A stretch of DNA of 64,000 bases from Glaucostegus cemiculus. Its lineage: Eukaryota. The first letter of the stretch is position 1, and each line of letters starts with the position of its first letter. The notes beneath the pieces were generated by a model that was not told the DNA's origin, made no database searches, and worked only from the letters and a program-made list of their open reading frames with translations. The translations under genes were made by a program, and so were the position numbers. Positions 1 through 12,038 of this stretch are shown one piece after another. Where the stretch lies: the NCBI GenBank assembly GCA_976551045.1, contig CDPCPM010000062.1:4588001-4652000 (forward strand), given 5' to 3'.

Positions 1-3000
1 ATCACAGCAAGGAATTTTACGCGACGTTTTGGGGATTTTAAAGCATTCAGTCTAGATAGATTTTAAATAGAAACCACAGGAAATTGTATGTGATGTTGTG
101 TAATCTGTCTTTCGCTGAGGGCATGCAAAACTATAACTTGATCTTCATTAAAAAACGTTAACTACCGCAACTTTTCATTTTAACATACAGAATTACAGAT
201 AAATTCCACAATCATGCAGAGAGTACGCGATTTTATGGTGCATATTATAGAAAATGGTTCCTTGGAATTATTAATTGAGAGGTAAGCGGATTCCTTAATT
301 AGCCGATCTATTTTGTTACATTTACATTCACTTAATATTAGGTGCCTGATGATCAACCTTAAACTATTCATTCTCTGGTGCATTTTCCAAATGCACCCGA
401 ATCAACAATCCGGGGTTTACAGTTTGCAACATGAAAGCTGATTTGTCAAAATGTCGTGGGATTATAAAATTCTACATTCATCACATGATGCGGCCGAACC
501 AATCACAGCATGCTATTGCAAAATCCAACTGAGCATTTGTTGGAAAATACTTGACGAGAACCACCCACATTGTGTCTGATCAAGGCTGGTTTAATTATTA
601 CTTTTCTAGATGCATCTCGTGTAAAATTGCGGAATGTCTGTTTACGGGGAAGAGAACGAAATACTGTTTTATTAGTTATAAGTAATCATTCGGTGCAGTC
701 AAAACAGATAATATTTACATGAATAACCGACAATTAACACTATTTCCAAATAAATTAATGCAGTGTAATATTTTATTTCGGTTGTTATACGTTTTGTTGG
801 GCCTTAAGTAACTCAAATACAAAGCGAAATCAAATCAAAGCGCTGCGAAGTCCTTAAGCAATGAAAGGGACGCTCAGAGCTGTCAATTTGTCCAGTCATT
901 TCTTGTTATTTATTTATTGCAAGATAAAGAGTTAAGCAAAATTAACCGTATAGTTATCTCTGTGATAACCACAGGGAAGCAAAGAATGCAATAATTTAGA
1001 ACTGGCATTTCGGAATTCATTCAGCCTTCGGTTCTTGAAAACGTTTGGTGCCAATATTCAACCTTGAACTGTAGATCTACACTTGGAATAAATGAATACA
1101 TTTTAATGACTTCAGCGGCAACCACGAGCGAATAAGTTAATTCATTGGGAAAACGATAATGCATTTTGGATTACTGAATCTGTGTTACGGAATATCATCT
1201 GTAACTCCGATGTAGTTCTTAGCGAGAAGTTCGCATGCATTATTTTAGATTCTCAAAGAAAAATCATATCACATAGTACGAAGCAAAGCATTAGGAATTA
1301 TATTTAAAGATATTTATCATCTGTATCATCTATAATTATAACAAAGCCATTCGTTCTATGATGAAAGCTATAAACCATTTTCGAAAACTGAAGTCGTATT
1401 AAGACATAGTTTGGATTTAATTTCGCTTATTGCCACTTTTAAAAAATATATAACCATTCACCTCACCGATTATGTGTTCTGCCTGCAGCCTGAATGCTCA
1501 TTTATCTTGATATAATGGCTTACTTGAATTGTTTCTTCTCTTCACCCCAGTGAAGCCTTATTATCTATTCCGGAGGCAGACAGAATTCGCTGCGTGAAGT
1601 ATATACATGTATATACATGCTACAAAATGCGTTTTTCCCGTTTACTGCTGAGTACAACTTGTCATCATACAATTAAACGTATCCAGAACGAACGCTCTTA
1701 ACAATAAGAAACACTGAAATGTATATTTAATGTTTATGAATTGCTTCAAAAGAATATTAAATGCAAAATCCCTATTGAATTCAACGATGGGCTAAGTAAC
1801 TTGGATTTTTAACTAACTGTACTATTTGCACTCAACTTATTGTATGTGGCTCTTTGAAAATCGCGTCAAATTGACTTCAAAATCGTTGATTTAATTTTTA
1901 AAATTGTCATCAAATATTATTGCATCACTTCAATTCAAAAATAAAATTGATTTTACTGAATGGAAAAAAATCAAATAGAGCCTTTGTGTTATAATTTTTG
2001 TTTCTAATTACATAAAAATTACTTGAATGTACATAAGTAGTTGATTCATTGTTTTACTCTGATTTATAATAGATTCTACGTGCAGTTCAAAAATAGGGTG
2101 TACTGGATTTGACATTGCTGACAATATATGTTGGAAAATGGAACACTTTGGAAATAAGACACCATAGCATTGAAAAATTAAGTCGATTAGGTATCTTGTA
2201 TACCGTGCATAAACGAAACTGAGCTTCATAAAATAAAATATTATATAATACATAAACTTCTGATACAATCACGGGTATTTTACTTTGCGGTTTCTGTACC
2301 ACAGAATAATAGATGAAAAGGATTGCTTGCTGCATTTTAATAGGTGCATATCAACAAGTAAACTAACCTTTAATAGATTTGCAGAAAATATGTGCTTATT
2401 CATATGCATGCGCAAACATGCAGGATTTAAACGAATAACGATTAAGGTATTATTTTTGGCAAATTATGGCAAAGAATTTTCCACGTGCAGAATGCGCCTT
2501 TGGATAAACAACTTTGTATAATTTCCAAATAGCATTTGCAAAGATTAAGGTAACATGCGTCTTATGTGTTACAATTCATTTCAAAGGGACGATGTATTTC
2601 AGTTCACTAAAATCCTTTCAAATCTTGATTTAAAACAGAGTATATTTATAAACGCAATCTACATTCTAGAAAATTACACGTGTGATTAAATCAGTATAAT
2701 TACATTTAGCATTATAAATTCGCACACCCAAAGTATTCAGAGTATATTTGGTATGATAACTTGGAATTTCTTTCAAATCGCACCCAACTATTCAATTTAT
2801 GAGATTTTTTTTCCTGAGTATTAACTGAAAGTTTGAACTCAAATGTATTATTATACATGCCAACGTCAAATGTGTGCCTTGAATAAAGACAATATTCGTA
2901 TAAAACTTAAAGCAAAAATATTTTGTTGAAAGATTTGTATTAATTATTTCGGAAAGTAAATCTAATTTCTGCTAGAGCTTATAAAGAATTGCATTGTGTT

Positions 3001-3642
3001 CCGTGATACGTTTTTACATCGACTTACCAGTCAGTCGTCCAATAGTGCAGTGGTGTTCTTTAATGTTTTGTCAGAATAATACAGATAGAAATGTTCCTCC
3101 CTGTACACATTTTGTCCAACTATTATTGTGAAGTGTTATTTATGCATCTCTATTCGGAATGTGAAAAGGCTCTCACTTCTTTGCTAATGTGATTTGTTTT
3201 TAAATACTTCACGAATTAGCAGTAAAATGTTTACTTCCCATCTCTAGATGGGGCAGATGGGTTCCAGTAGTAACTTCATACGTAGTTGTGTCAACAAATA
3301 TTATTTAAAAGCAGAAGCAGCAAAATAGTGGTTTGAACTTTGCCCATTGATCTCAAAACATTTATTACGTTCTGCAATCGGGATAACAAACAAATTTATT
3401 TAAACGATATTCCGAACTATAGCCTCCAAAGTAATTTACACAACTCTTCAACAAAGCACAGAATAAATGCAGTAGCAATTCGTTAATTTTAGCTTTCATG
3501 AAATAACGATGTTCACTTCGTCTTTGACGCATGCAGTCGCGGGCCTGTCCTGTTGTTGACATTTAACATAATTTCAGCATTTCACTTTGTATCTTATATA
3601 TTCTTTCAGGTAAAGGGATTGAGACATTTTGTCATATTGCAG

Positions 3643-5526
3643 ATTTAGTGAGCACATACGCGACGTGTGTGGGTCCTGAATGTTCAACTGGGAGACAATT
3701 GCATCACGACTTGGAATTATGCTAACCCACCAAAGATTAGGTGCAATTAGGAGGTTGCCGCTTCTGTGTTTATCTGAGTATACCAACTGGGCACTGGATT
3801 AACGTGAGGCTACGGGAAATGCTCCGAACGCACCGCACCTGTGAATTCTGAGGCGGCGGCTATCTATTTGAAAGGCTGAGGATGAGAGCGCTGCAAGAAT
3901 TCATCTGAAAATGAGGGAATAGTTCCATCCAGATTTTACGCCATGTGGAGGTGGATAGTGTACCTTTTGACCAAAGGAGTTCTGAAATTCCGATCTGTGA
4001 CTACTAGCCAAGTTCAAAGTAAGGAGCTTTCAAGTTCAAATCCGACAGTGGAGATGAAATTTGCCATACCTTGTAGATATTTCAGTATTGAGTAAGGCTC
4101 GGCTTGGCTGATATACTGTAATTAAAGGGTGAGTCAAATTAGCACGGAACATCACTTTTTTGTTTGTAGTTTCGTGGAAAAAATACTGCCGAAATTCGCC
4201 GCTGAGCTATTAATTGGTTTTTACTCAAGCTTCCTATCTTTATACTTCATGAATCTCGAAGTTCTAAACATAGAGATGAAATGCTATTGTGTCAAAGGGG
4301 TAACTCTGTAACTTCTTAAATTGTGTGCGCTGAGGTTGAAACTAACCCGTGATCTCAGCAATGCATCTCAAATACACGTTTCTTGCAAAAACGATAATGA
4401 ATTAATAGTTCAAGATAAATTCGCACATCATAGACTTAAAAATGCTCGAAAGCGAAACATAGTGTTTATTTGTAAATAAAACGCTAACTTTATGATGGTT
4501 GGGTCCAATTGTTCGAAAGAGAAGCCTCAATATTAATTAATGATCCATTTATTTTGCCGTGGTGAACTTTAAAACCACCGCTGAAGGTTCTTCTCCCCAC
4601 CTCCCACCTCTGCATCAATGGACAACTTGGTAACTTTGAGCTTTAGGTTTTGGGATTTATTGGAAAAAAATGCACAAATTGTCACTATGACACATGCTAT
4701 AGAATTTTAGAATTTCATTGGGAAAAAATGCAGGTTAAAATCGGAATCAAGATCATCCATATTTAGCAAAGCAGCAGCGGGGTATTCCGAATGGCAAATG
4801 CAGCAGAAGCACGGAAACCTTTCATAACATAAGAATTTGATTTCGGAGAATAAGACAAACTTCTCGCAAGCAAATAAAAATATAAAATGTCCATTTGCAA
4901 CTTACGTTGCGGGATGCGTTTTGGTTCCATTGCCTTTTTGTTTTATTAAACATTACCGTGCTGCGCTGGCTTTCATGGGGCACAAAAAGTATACTGGAAA
5001 AACAAGTTGAAAATATTATTTTTGCTCAATTACTGGCCACAATATTCAATGTGCATTGTATGTGATGTTCATTTTAACAACCCTATTGCAGTTCAACAAA
5101 AAATTAAAATAAAAAAAACCCGATAGAACTCTGGCATTGTTTTCAAATTCAAGTACAACAGTTCGCTTGGGTGCTTTACCCTTTTAATTCTAGACCTGTT
5201 CCTTTTTTACCATCTTTAAGAGAATGTTTTTTTTTAATCAATGCAACGCATCCTTCTATTCAGCTGCGAGTTTCTTCTAGTATCTAACTGAACTTTGTGC
5301 AACATTTCGGAGGCACCAGGCATAAAAATGGCGGCCGGTTACCGCTGTATTGTCACTGTCAGTGCCAATGAACAAGGGGACACAACAAGCGAGCACACAA
5401 AACAAAAACAACGTGGATTTTCGTTCAAAGGTAGTGCACTCTTCCGAAGCCAAACGTCTTCGTTTTAGATTTTGGAACTCGGAATATCTTTGGTTGAAGA
5501 AGAAGAGAAAAAAAATAAAGACATTG
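3643..5526 (+). pseudogene. Decayed HoxA12 relic (exon-1 remnant ~3643-3780, possibly extending to a donor at 4092; homeobox remnant ~5350-5526)
   Basis: Frameshifted blocks read S-E-H (3647), C-V-G-P (3666), N-V-Q-L-G-D-N (3679), Y-A-N (3718) and Q-L-G-G-L-P-L-L-C-Y-L (3744). These resemble the Hox12 N-terminus (HoxC12-like MGEH..[14 protein letters not shown].PN...QL.[8 protein letters not shown], recalled). The ORF at 5350 aligns in register with the Hox12 homeodomain (Q12, A14, N18, V22, E33, W48, R53, K55, K57). Same strand and collinear position upstream of HoxA11. Confidence 0.7.
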
Positions 5527-7310
5527 CAGGCCTCCCTAACCCCCCACCTCCCCAATCATCAAGAAAGAATGTTTTTATTTGTGTTGATTTCACACCATTG
5601 GATCAGAATGAAGAGTGGTATTGCTCCGATTTTTAAACTTTCGCAGTTTATTGTATCAATTCCAAAACCAGATTATTTTTGACGTAGTAACTTAAACTAG
5701 GTATTACATTAAAATGGAAAAAATCCGTTAAAGGACCGTAGTTACAGTCGTTGAAAGATCCCAGACTAAAATTCCATATAACACCAGGAAACATCCATTG
5801 CTTTTTCTGCGCGAAGATGCTTTTTGTAATTTGTCTTCTAGGGGGACAAAAAGAAATATTGCAGAAGTGTTGAAATACGCCGCGTTAAAAGATTAAGCTT
5901 GGGGCAAAATATAGCAAAATGCTCTGCTGTTATACGCAATTAAGACATATGTTGCTTCATTTGCCAGCTATAATTACGGACCAATTTAATTCGTGGGAAG
6001 AAATGAAAAACTAATGCGACACAATTCCTTGTAAAACCTGCAAAGAACAACATGGCTGGCCGTTTTCATTCCGTAGTGATTCGGTTTACAGTGATAGTAT
6101 AGGTGCTCTTGCTGAAAAAAATATAGTTTTCGGTTTTTCCATATGTATAGTGAGACTTGAAAATGAATGAATCCAAACACGATAAAATGTATGTTCATTT
6201 ACTGTCCCAGTCCGAGTCAATTAATGACACAATTTGCAAGTGGCGGCAGGCCATGATCCAAGTATTTATCTACTTTTCAAGACGATCAATAGATTTAAGA
6301 TGTTTTCGTGCTGGAAAAAAAGATAACTTCGCATGATCTAACTCTTGTTTTTGAGAAGTATATTCATTTCGCTTGTACAGCGTTTTTTCAAAGTTGAAGT
6401 TCAATGTTAAGTCGGTTGCACGCTCTTGCAAAGCACTCGTGAAACTCCAATGGAAACTTTGCCTAACCCCTATCTTATATTGGCGCTATCTCTTGTTAAC
6501 AAACTTTGAAACGGAAAGTTTTGATCCGATTTCGTTTCTAACAATATCTTCGACAAAGCTTCGAAGTACACCTCACTGTGAAGAAATTCAACTGCATCCG
6601 GGTCTCAGCTCTCCCACGGAGTTGGACTCCTGCAGAAAAATAGCCTGCGCCGCAATAATTCACTGATCTCCTTAAACTTCGGCATTTACATTACATTTCA
6701 TTCCCATCAAATATCAACCAAATGGCCGCAGTTTGCGTTTAATAAAAGATCAACAAGGTAGGTACATTTATTTTTTGGAACTATCTTTAGCATTGCCTAT
6801 GTTCTTGAAAGCTTGCAAGATCAATAATTTAAAAAAATAATTCAATTTCATCCTGAATCTATAACTAAAAACCAGCTATTAAAACAAGGCCTATACTTAC
6901 TGCAGAGGAAGTATGATAACTGAGAAATACAGAGGGCTGGAAAATGGCGCAGCGATTAAGATAGTGACTGCATTTTAGCTCATTTTCAGCTTTATTTAAA
7001 CGGAAACGCAATCGCAACTTTCCCTTTTTTAATTTGGAAGATTGTTAAATAGCTGTAACTTTGCTTTGTTGTTATTTTTACAAAATTATAGGCATATTGC
7101 GTTAAAGCATACAGCAATCCATGCACGCAAAATCCAGTCCTTTCGTAGGAAAGAAATTAGATTTTGACCCACTGGTAGTAAAAACGCGCAACATCCAGCT
7201 AAAAAGCTTACTCTTTCAAAATTCAGTCCGATTTTTATCAGACAAAGACCGCGTCCTTGTCGCTTTTGGGAACGCCTGATTGCTCACGTTAGCTGGGAAT
7301 GTCAGGGATT

Positions 7311-7326
7311 CCATGTAGGTGGCGTC
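7311..7326 (+). promoter_or_regulatory. Candidate CTCF motif upstream of HoxA11
   Basis: ccatgtaggtggcgtc is a partial match to CCASYAGRKGGCRS. Confidence 0.3.
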
Positions 7327-9559
7327 TTTAGCTAACCCCTGGTCAGCTACAATGTCTATGCCGGCGTCTGGTAAAGCCGGTTGTCAAAACTGCTATTAAA
7401 ACCACAGGTCAGGCTAAACCGCTCTCGGTTCTCGTAGGAGGATTATATTTAGTTATTTTATGAAAAGCACAGTGTCGGAATTTGTCCACTGGTATCGGGA
7501 CAGATCATGTCACTTACCCACTGGAGTTCTTAAAAATCACGAACTTCCACATTTTATATCTGCAGTTTTGAGCACAGTTACTAAATCTATCCCATCGCGA
7601 ATCGTTTTTAAACAGCTGAATATGAATTAATTTGGATCTTAATTTCAAACTGTCAGATATCACAGGATAGCTTCACCTTTTCAATCTATTCCGTGCATAT
7701 ATATTTTTAATTGTACATAAGTTAAATAAAAATGCAAATGTGTACCAGAGTCTATTGTAGAGATAGGCGCTTGACCAACGGCTGAATTGCACAAAGAATC
7801 TTAACACTGAATATTGCAAAGCCTTGTTACAAATTATGGCTTCGAAAATGCTATTAATATTCTCGATGTTTTAGGAATCTAGCACTACATTTGTATAATA
7901 TAGTCTTATTTTTATACCTAGTGATTTATTTGGTTGCGCGGCCCAGAAAAATAAGTATAATCTGCATTTCGAGTATTTTGCAGACTTTTCATAGCAGTGC
8001 TGTGCACTTATCATAACGAAACAATCAGAAAAAAAGATTAAATTATTAACTTGCAACTAACACGGTTGCTCGTAAAGATACTGTGCACGGAACTTAATTT
8101 AGAGTTAGGTCTTTCTGGCAAATGTTTATGGCAAAGGTCCTTATCCCCAGGAAACCTGTTTGTTTTGGCACTGCGCGATTGTTTTTGGAACAGCAATAAG
8201 CTAATATGTGACAAATTCTTAAAGCAAAGTTTAACTTCATCTCTTATCTATGGTACCATTCTTTTCAACAGCACCAGGATTCATTGCATGACTTTCAAAC
8301 TCTTAGTGTGTATTTAAACCATGCAGTTTGTTAGACGGTGGTAATATATCTAAATAAAACGCACTTTATTGGAGGTTCTTTAATTAATCTTTCCCTCACC
8401 AAACTCAGACCATTGTTTATTTAATCTGCAACACATTAAATATAACTCTGCTGCTTATTCATGTGACTTTGTTGAGGTTTTATAGAAATATAGAACAATG
8501 CCCCCACGGCCAATGTCAAACAGATTTTTATTTCGCTTTGTTCACGCCTTGTTTCGTCCTAAAACTTTTTTTTTCAAATAATTGTAAGTGTTCTGTCTTG
8601 AACAACATGATCAGAAGAACTCCGCCTGAAATGTGAAGGCTGGTTAAATCTTAGACTGCGTTCGGTAATATTTCTTGAACTCCAGCTAAATGGATACCGG
8701 ATTTATATAATTGTGCTGAGAGGGCGCCGGTTTTGTATGTGGTGTTGAACGTGACCATGCCCCATTTGTCCTCAAATCAGAAGCACCATAACAATTTTCA
8801 GAAACACAGTGGGCAGATTCGTGCGGATTCAATTTTTATGATGAAAAATAACCTAATATTGATTTGGATACAGTCACAAAGTCACAAACAAGCCCACATC
8901 CATTTCGAACTTGTCGCCAGTCTAACTTATCCTCCTTAAATCTTGGTGGGGGCCTACAACTTATTCTATGCTCCCATGTTTTATTTTTGTGGAAGGGGGA
9001 GGTGGGGGGGGGCAGAGGATATTTGGCTTGAATATAGAGGGGATATTGGCGGATAAATCAAGACTTATTCATTTAAAAATATGTTCTCACCATATTTGCG
9101 GTAAGATTCTGACACAGTTTTGGTTATTATTTATCCACACATTCACAAATGTTGTGTCGCCGAAAGAAATGTGCTGCACGTTGCCTTTCATTAAAGTGAC
9201 AAGAGAAAAGATAAGGGGATTATTTTCCAATAAAATGTCGAAAGTTCCCTGGTTTTTTTTTTCCTCCAGTAGCAATGTGTATGTGTGATAATTCGAAAAT
9301 CGCGCTTTAAAAAAATAAGCAGTGTTTGATATATATTTTTTGCTGCGGAAATCGTTATAAGTTATTTCCATGTCTACTCTTGGTTCAAGTCAGCTTGTTG
9401 GAGAGACATGAAGTAAATGTGCCAAACGCGTCTCTGGTGTGAAGCTTGAACACCTTCACAGTATTATTCGAGCTTTCCTTCCCCCGGTTTAGAAACGTGC
9501 AGAGCTCAGTTGTAAAGAGCTTTGCGCTCCTGGTGCGAGGGGGGGAATCCAAAGTGATG

Positions 9560-9700
9560 CATGTCAATTTCTCCAGGCATCTGGTCACATGACTGGCTTG
9601 TCCCTGCGATGTATGGAGATACATTTCCACGTCAGCTTACGTTTCCAAATTTTTACTCCGCGGATCAGCTTCAAAGAGGCAGCAGCATCTAAGGACCATG
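9560..9700 (+). promoter_or_regulatory. HoxA11 proximal promoter / 5'UTR conserved block
   Basis: GTCACATGAC E-box, CACGTCAGCTTACGT CRE-like pair and CTTCAAAGAGGCAGC immediately 5' of the start; this layout is typical of vertebrate Hox11 promoters. Confidence 0.65.
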
Positions 9701-9752
9701 TTTAGCTGTGCGAATGCAAGCTATTCTTGCGCTAGGGGACCCCAAGAAAGCG

Positions 9753-10362
9753 ATGATGGATTTTGATGAGCGGGTTTCTTGTGGCTCTAATCTTTATTTG
9801 CCTAGCTGTACCTATTATGTCTCGGGCCCGGATTTCTCCAGCTTGCCTTCTTTTTTACCCCAAACACCGGCTTCTCGTCCCATGACATACTCTTACTCGT
9901 CTAATATCCCCCAGGTTCAACCTGTGCGAGAAGTTACCTTCAGAGACTATGCCATCGATCCTTCTAATAAGTGGCATCACAGAAGCAATCTCCCCCATTG
10001 CTATTCCGCAGAGGAGCTGATGCACAGAGAATGTCTGCCTGCCAGCACCATGGGCGAGATGTTAATGAAAAATAGCGCCAGCGTTTACCACCCCAGTTCC
10101 AACGCGTCTTCCAGCTTCTACAACCCGGTGGGTAGGAACGGTGTCCTGCCGCAGGGATTTGATCAGTTCTTCGAGACTGCCTACGGTTCTAGTGAGAATC
10201 AGCAGTCGGAGTATTGCGGGGAGAAGAGCCCAGGTAAAGTGCCGTCTGCGGCAACTTCAAGTTCGGAGACTTCTAGGGTGTCGGTGGAGAAGGAGACGAG
10301 TCCAGGGAGCAGCAGCCCGGAATCTTCTTCCGGCAATAATGAAGAAAAAGGCAGCAACTCTA
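9753..10362 (+). CDS. HOXA11: HoxA11 exon 1
   Basis: [67 protein letters not shown] are Hox11 signature motifs; phase-1 donor TCTA|gtaggt at 10363. Confidence 0.96.
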
Positions 10363-10419
10363 GTAGGTAGAATCAGTGCCTACTTATGAAGGAAAGTTTT
10401 GCGATCTCGCGCGCTGCTG

Positions 10420-10525
10420 TTAAAATTTTTATGTGCTGTTTTATAAGCATATAAGGGGGTTTATGGATGGCCTGTAGATTTCCCAACAAAACTTTTTTTT
10501 ATATAAATGACAGGATCACGTGTTC
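10420..10525. promoter_or_regulatory. HoxA11 intronic conserved element with clustered TTTAT (Cdx/posterior Hox) sites
   Basis: tttatg, ttttataa, tttatgg and tttatataaa clustered, plus a CACGTG E-box, at the 5' end of the intron. Confidence 0.5.
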
Positions 10526-11516
10526 CGCTCTGAAATTGGCCGTGAAATAACACCAGCCAATCCCTGCATTAAAATACCTCAAGTAGCACCTCAAAAAGTG
10601 GATTTTGGATTAAAAATCTGATCATTTAAATTATTAGGTGTGCATTCATAAAAAAAATAGTATTTTGGCCGCTGTGATCCATGCGTGTATTAATACAGCT
10701 CACAAATTCTATAAAACACGTGTTGACACAAAAACTCTATTTATAGGTTGTATTCAGTTCCATAAGTAACCGCTTTAAAACATAACAGGACAAAATGACG
10801 TTTTTAACAGCAACATAAACAGTTCAATACCTTTAGTACGGAGCTTTCCATCATAAAAAAAAGAACTTATTTCAGGACCGAGTGACCATATTTTATTTAA
10901 TAATCACATTTTATAGCTGGACGTGTGGTAAACCCAGCCTTAACGCTACAGTCTTACTTCTGGAGGTTGCTTATGTTGACTTTTACAGCACGGAATATCC
11001 ACACTGCAAAGCCCCCCCTCCCATTAAGGAAACTAATTCCAGTTTCCCAGCATCCGTATAATGATAGGTAGATTTAGTATGCTGAATAATATAAAACGTC
11101 TTGCATTTCGCTTATTTTGTCTTTAATGCTCTCATATTCGGGCGTCTCAGCTTTCAAAATTATTTATTTACAAAGAGTGCAGCTAGCCTCTGGATACAGA
11201 AAGCCCTTTTGTAATTTCAAGTATCTCTTTGGGAAAGGGAGTATCACAGCTTCAACTTTAGAAGTTCCACAACCATTCTGATAATCGTGGCAGCCATCTT
11301 TTGTTCCAAGGCCCATTCAACATGTGAAAAAGCGCTTTAATGCTTTGGCGAACTTTTCTGTATCTCAAGCACTGGTGGAAAACATAGTTGTAGAAAAAGT
11401 AGGAACCGCATACAGTTTTTCCTGTTCACGGCAAAGTCTATATTATCCTCAGAAAAAATACTGGCTTCACTTATTTACAGCTATCAATGTTTTAACGCAC
11501 TGTTTACCTGTTACAG

Positions 11517-11749
11517 GTGGCCAGCGTACACGTAAAAAAAGATGTCCCTATACCAAGTACCAGATCAGGGAGCTGGAGAGAGAATTTTTTTTCAGTGTCT
11601 ACATCAACAAGGAGAAGCGCCTACAACTTTCCCGGATGCTCAACTTAACCGACCGGCAAGTTAAAATTTGGTTTCAGAACAGGAGGATGAAGGAAAAGAA
11701 GTTAAACAGGGACCGCCTTCAATATTATACTACGAATCCATTGCTCTGA
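11517..11749 (+). CDS. HOXA11: HoxA11 exon 2 (homeodomain); spliced protein 280 aa
   Basis: Acceptor ttacag|GT; [76 protein letters not shown]. The frame joins exon 1 (610+233=843 nt). Confidence 0.97.
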
Positions 11750-11964
11750 GATTAGACTGAGTTTACAAAGAGGCATTCCACCTTCCTAACTTCTACGATG
11801 AAATCGGCCAGGCCAGAATGCAGAGGTAAAAAAAAAACTCAAGTTCGAGTTTGTGAGCAGACACTTTAGTACAGCTCTGACGGGCCAGACAACTTTCCAA
11901 AACTAATTAGGACGTCTAGTTTCAACTTTAAAAAGTAACTGGAATGAATGTTCATCGTTGAATT

Positions 11965-11981
11965 CACACACACACACACAC

Positions 11982-12035
<54 letters not shown>
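11965..12035. repeat. (CA)n microsatellite in the HoxA11 3'UTR
   Basis: About 35 CA units with one CG interruption; AATAAA follows directly at 12037. Confidence 0.95.

Positions 12036-12038
<3 letters not shown>

Noticed and set aside
11324-11516. N-terminal parts of the ORF-track entries for homeobox exons (also 43307, 55563) and C-terminal read-through tails of exon-1 ORFs
   Set aside because: These are intronic sequence that happens to be in frame; canonical GT/AG sites define the real exons.
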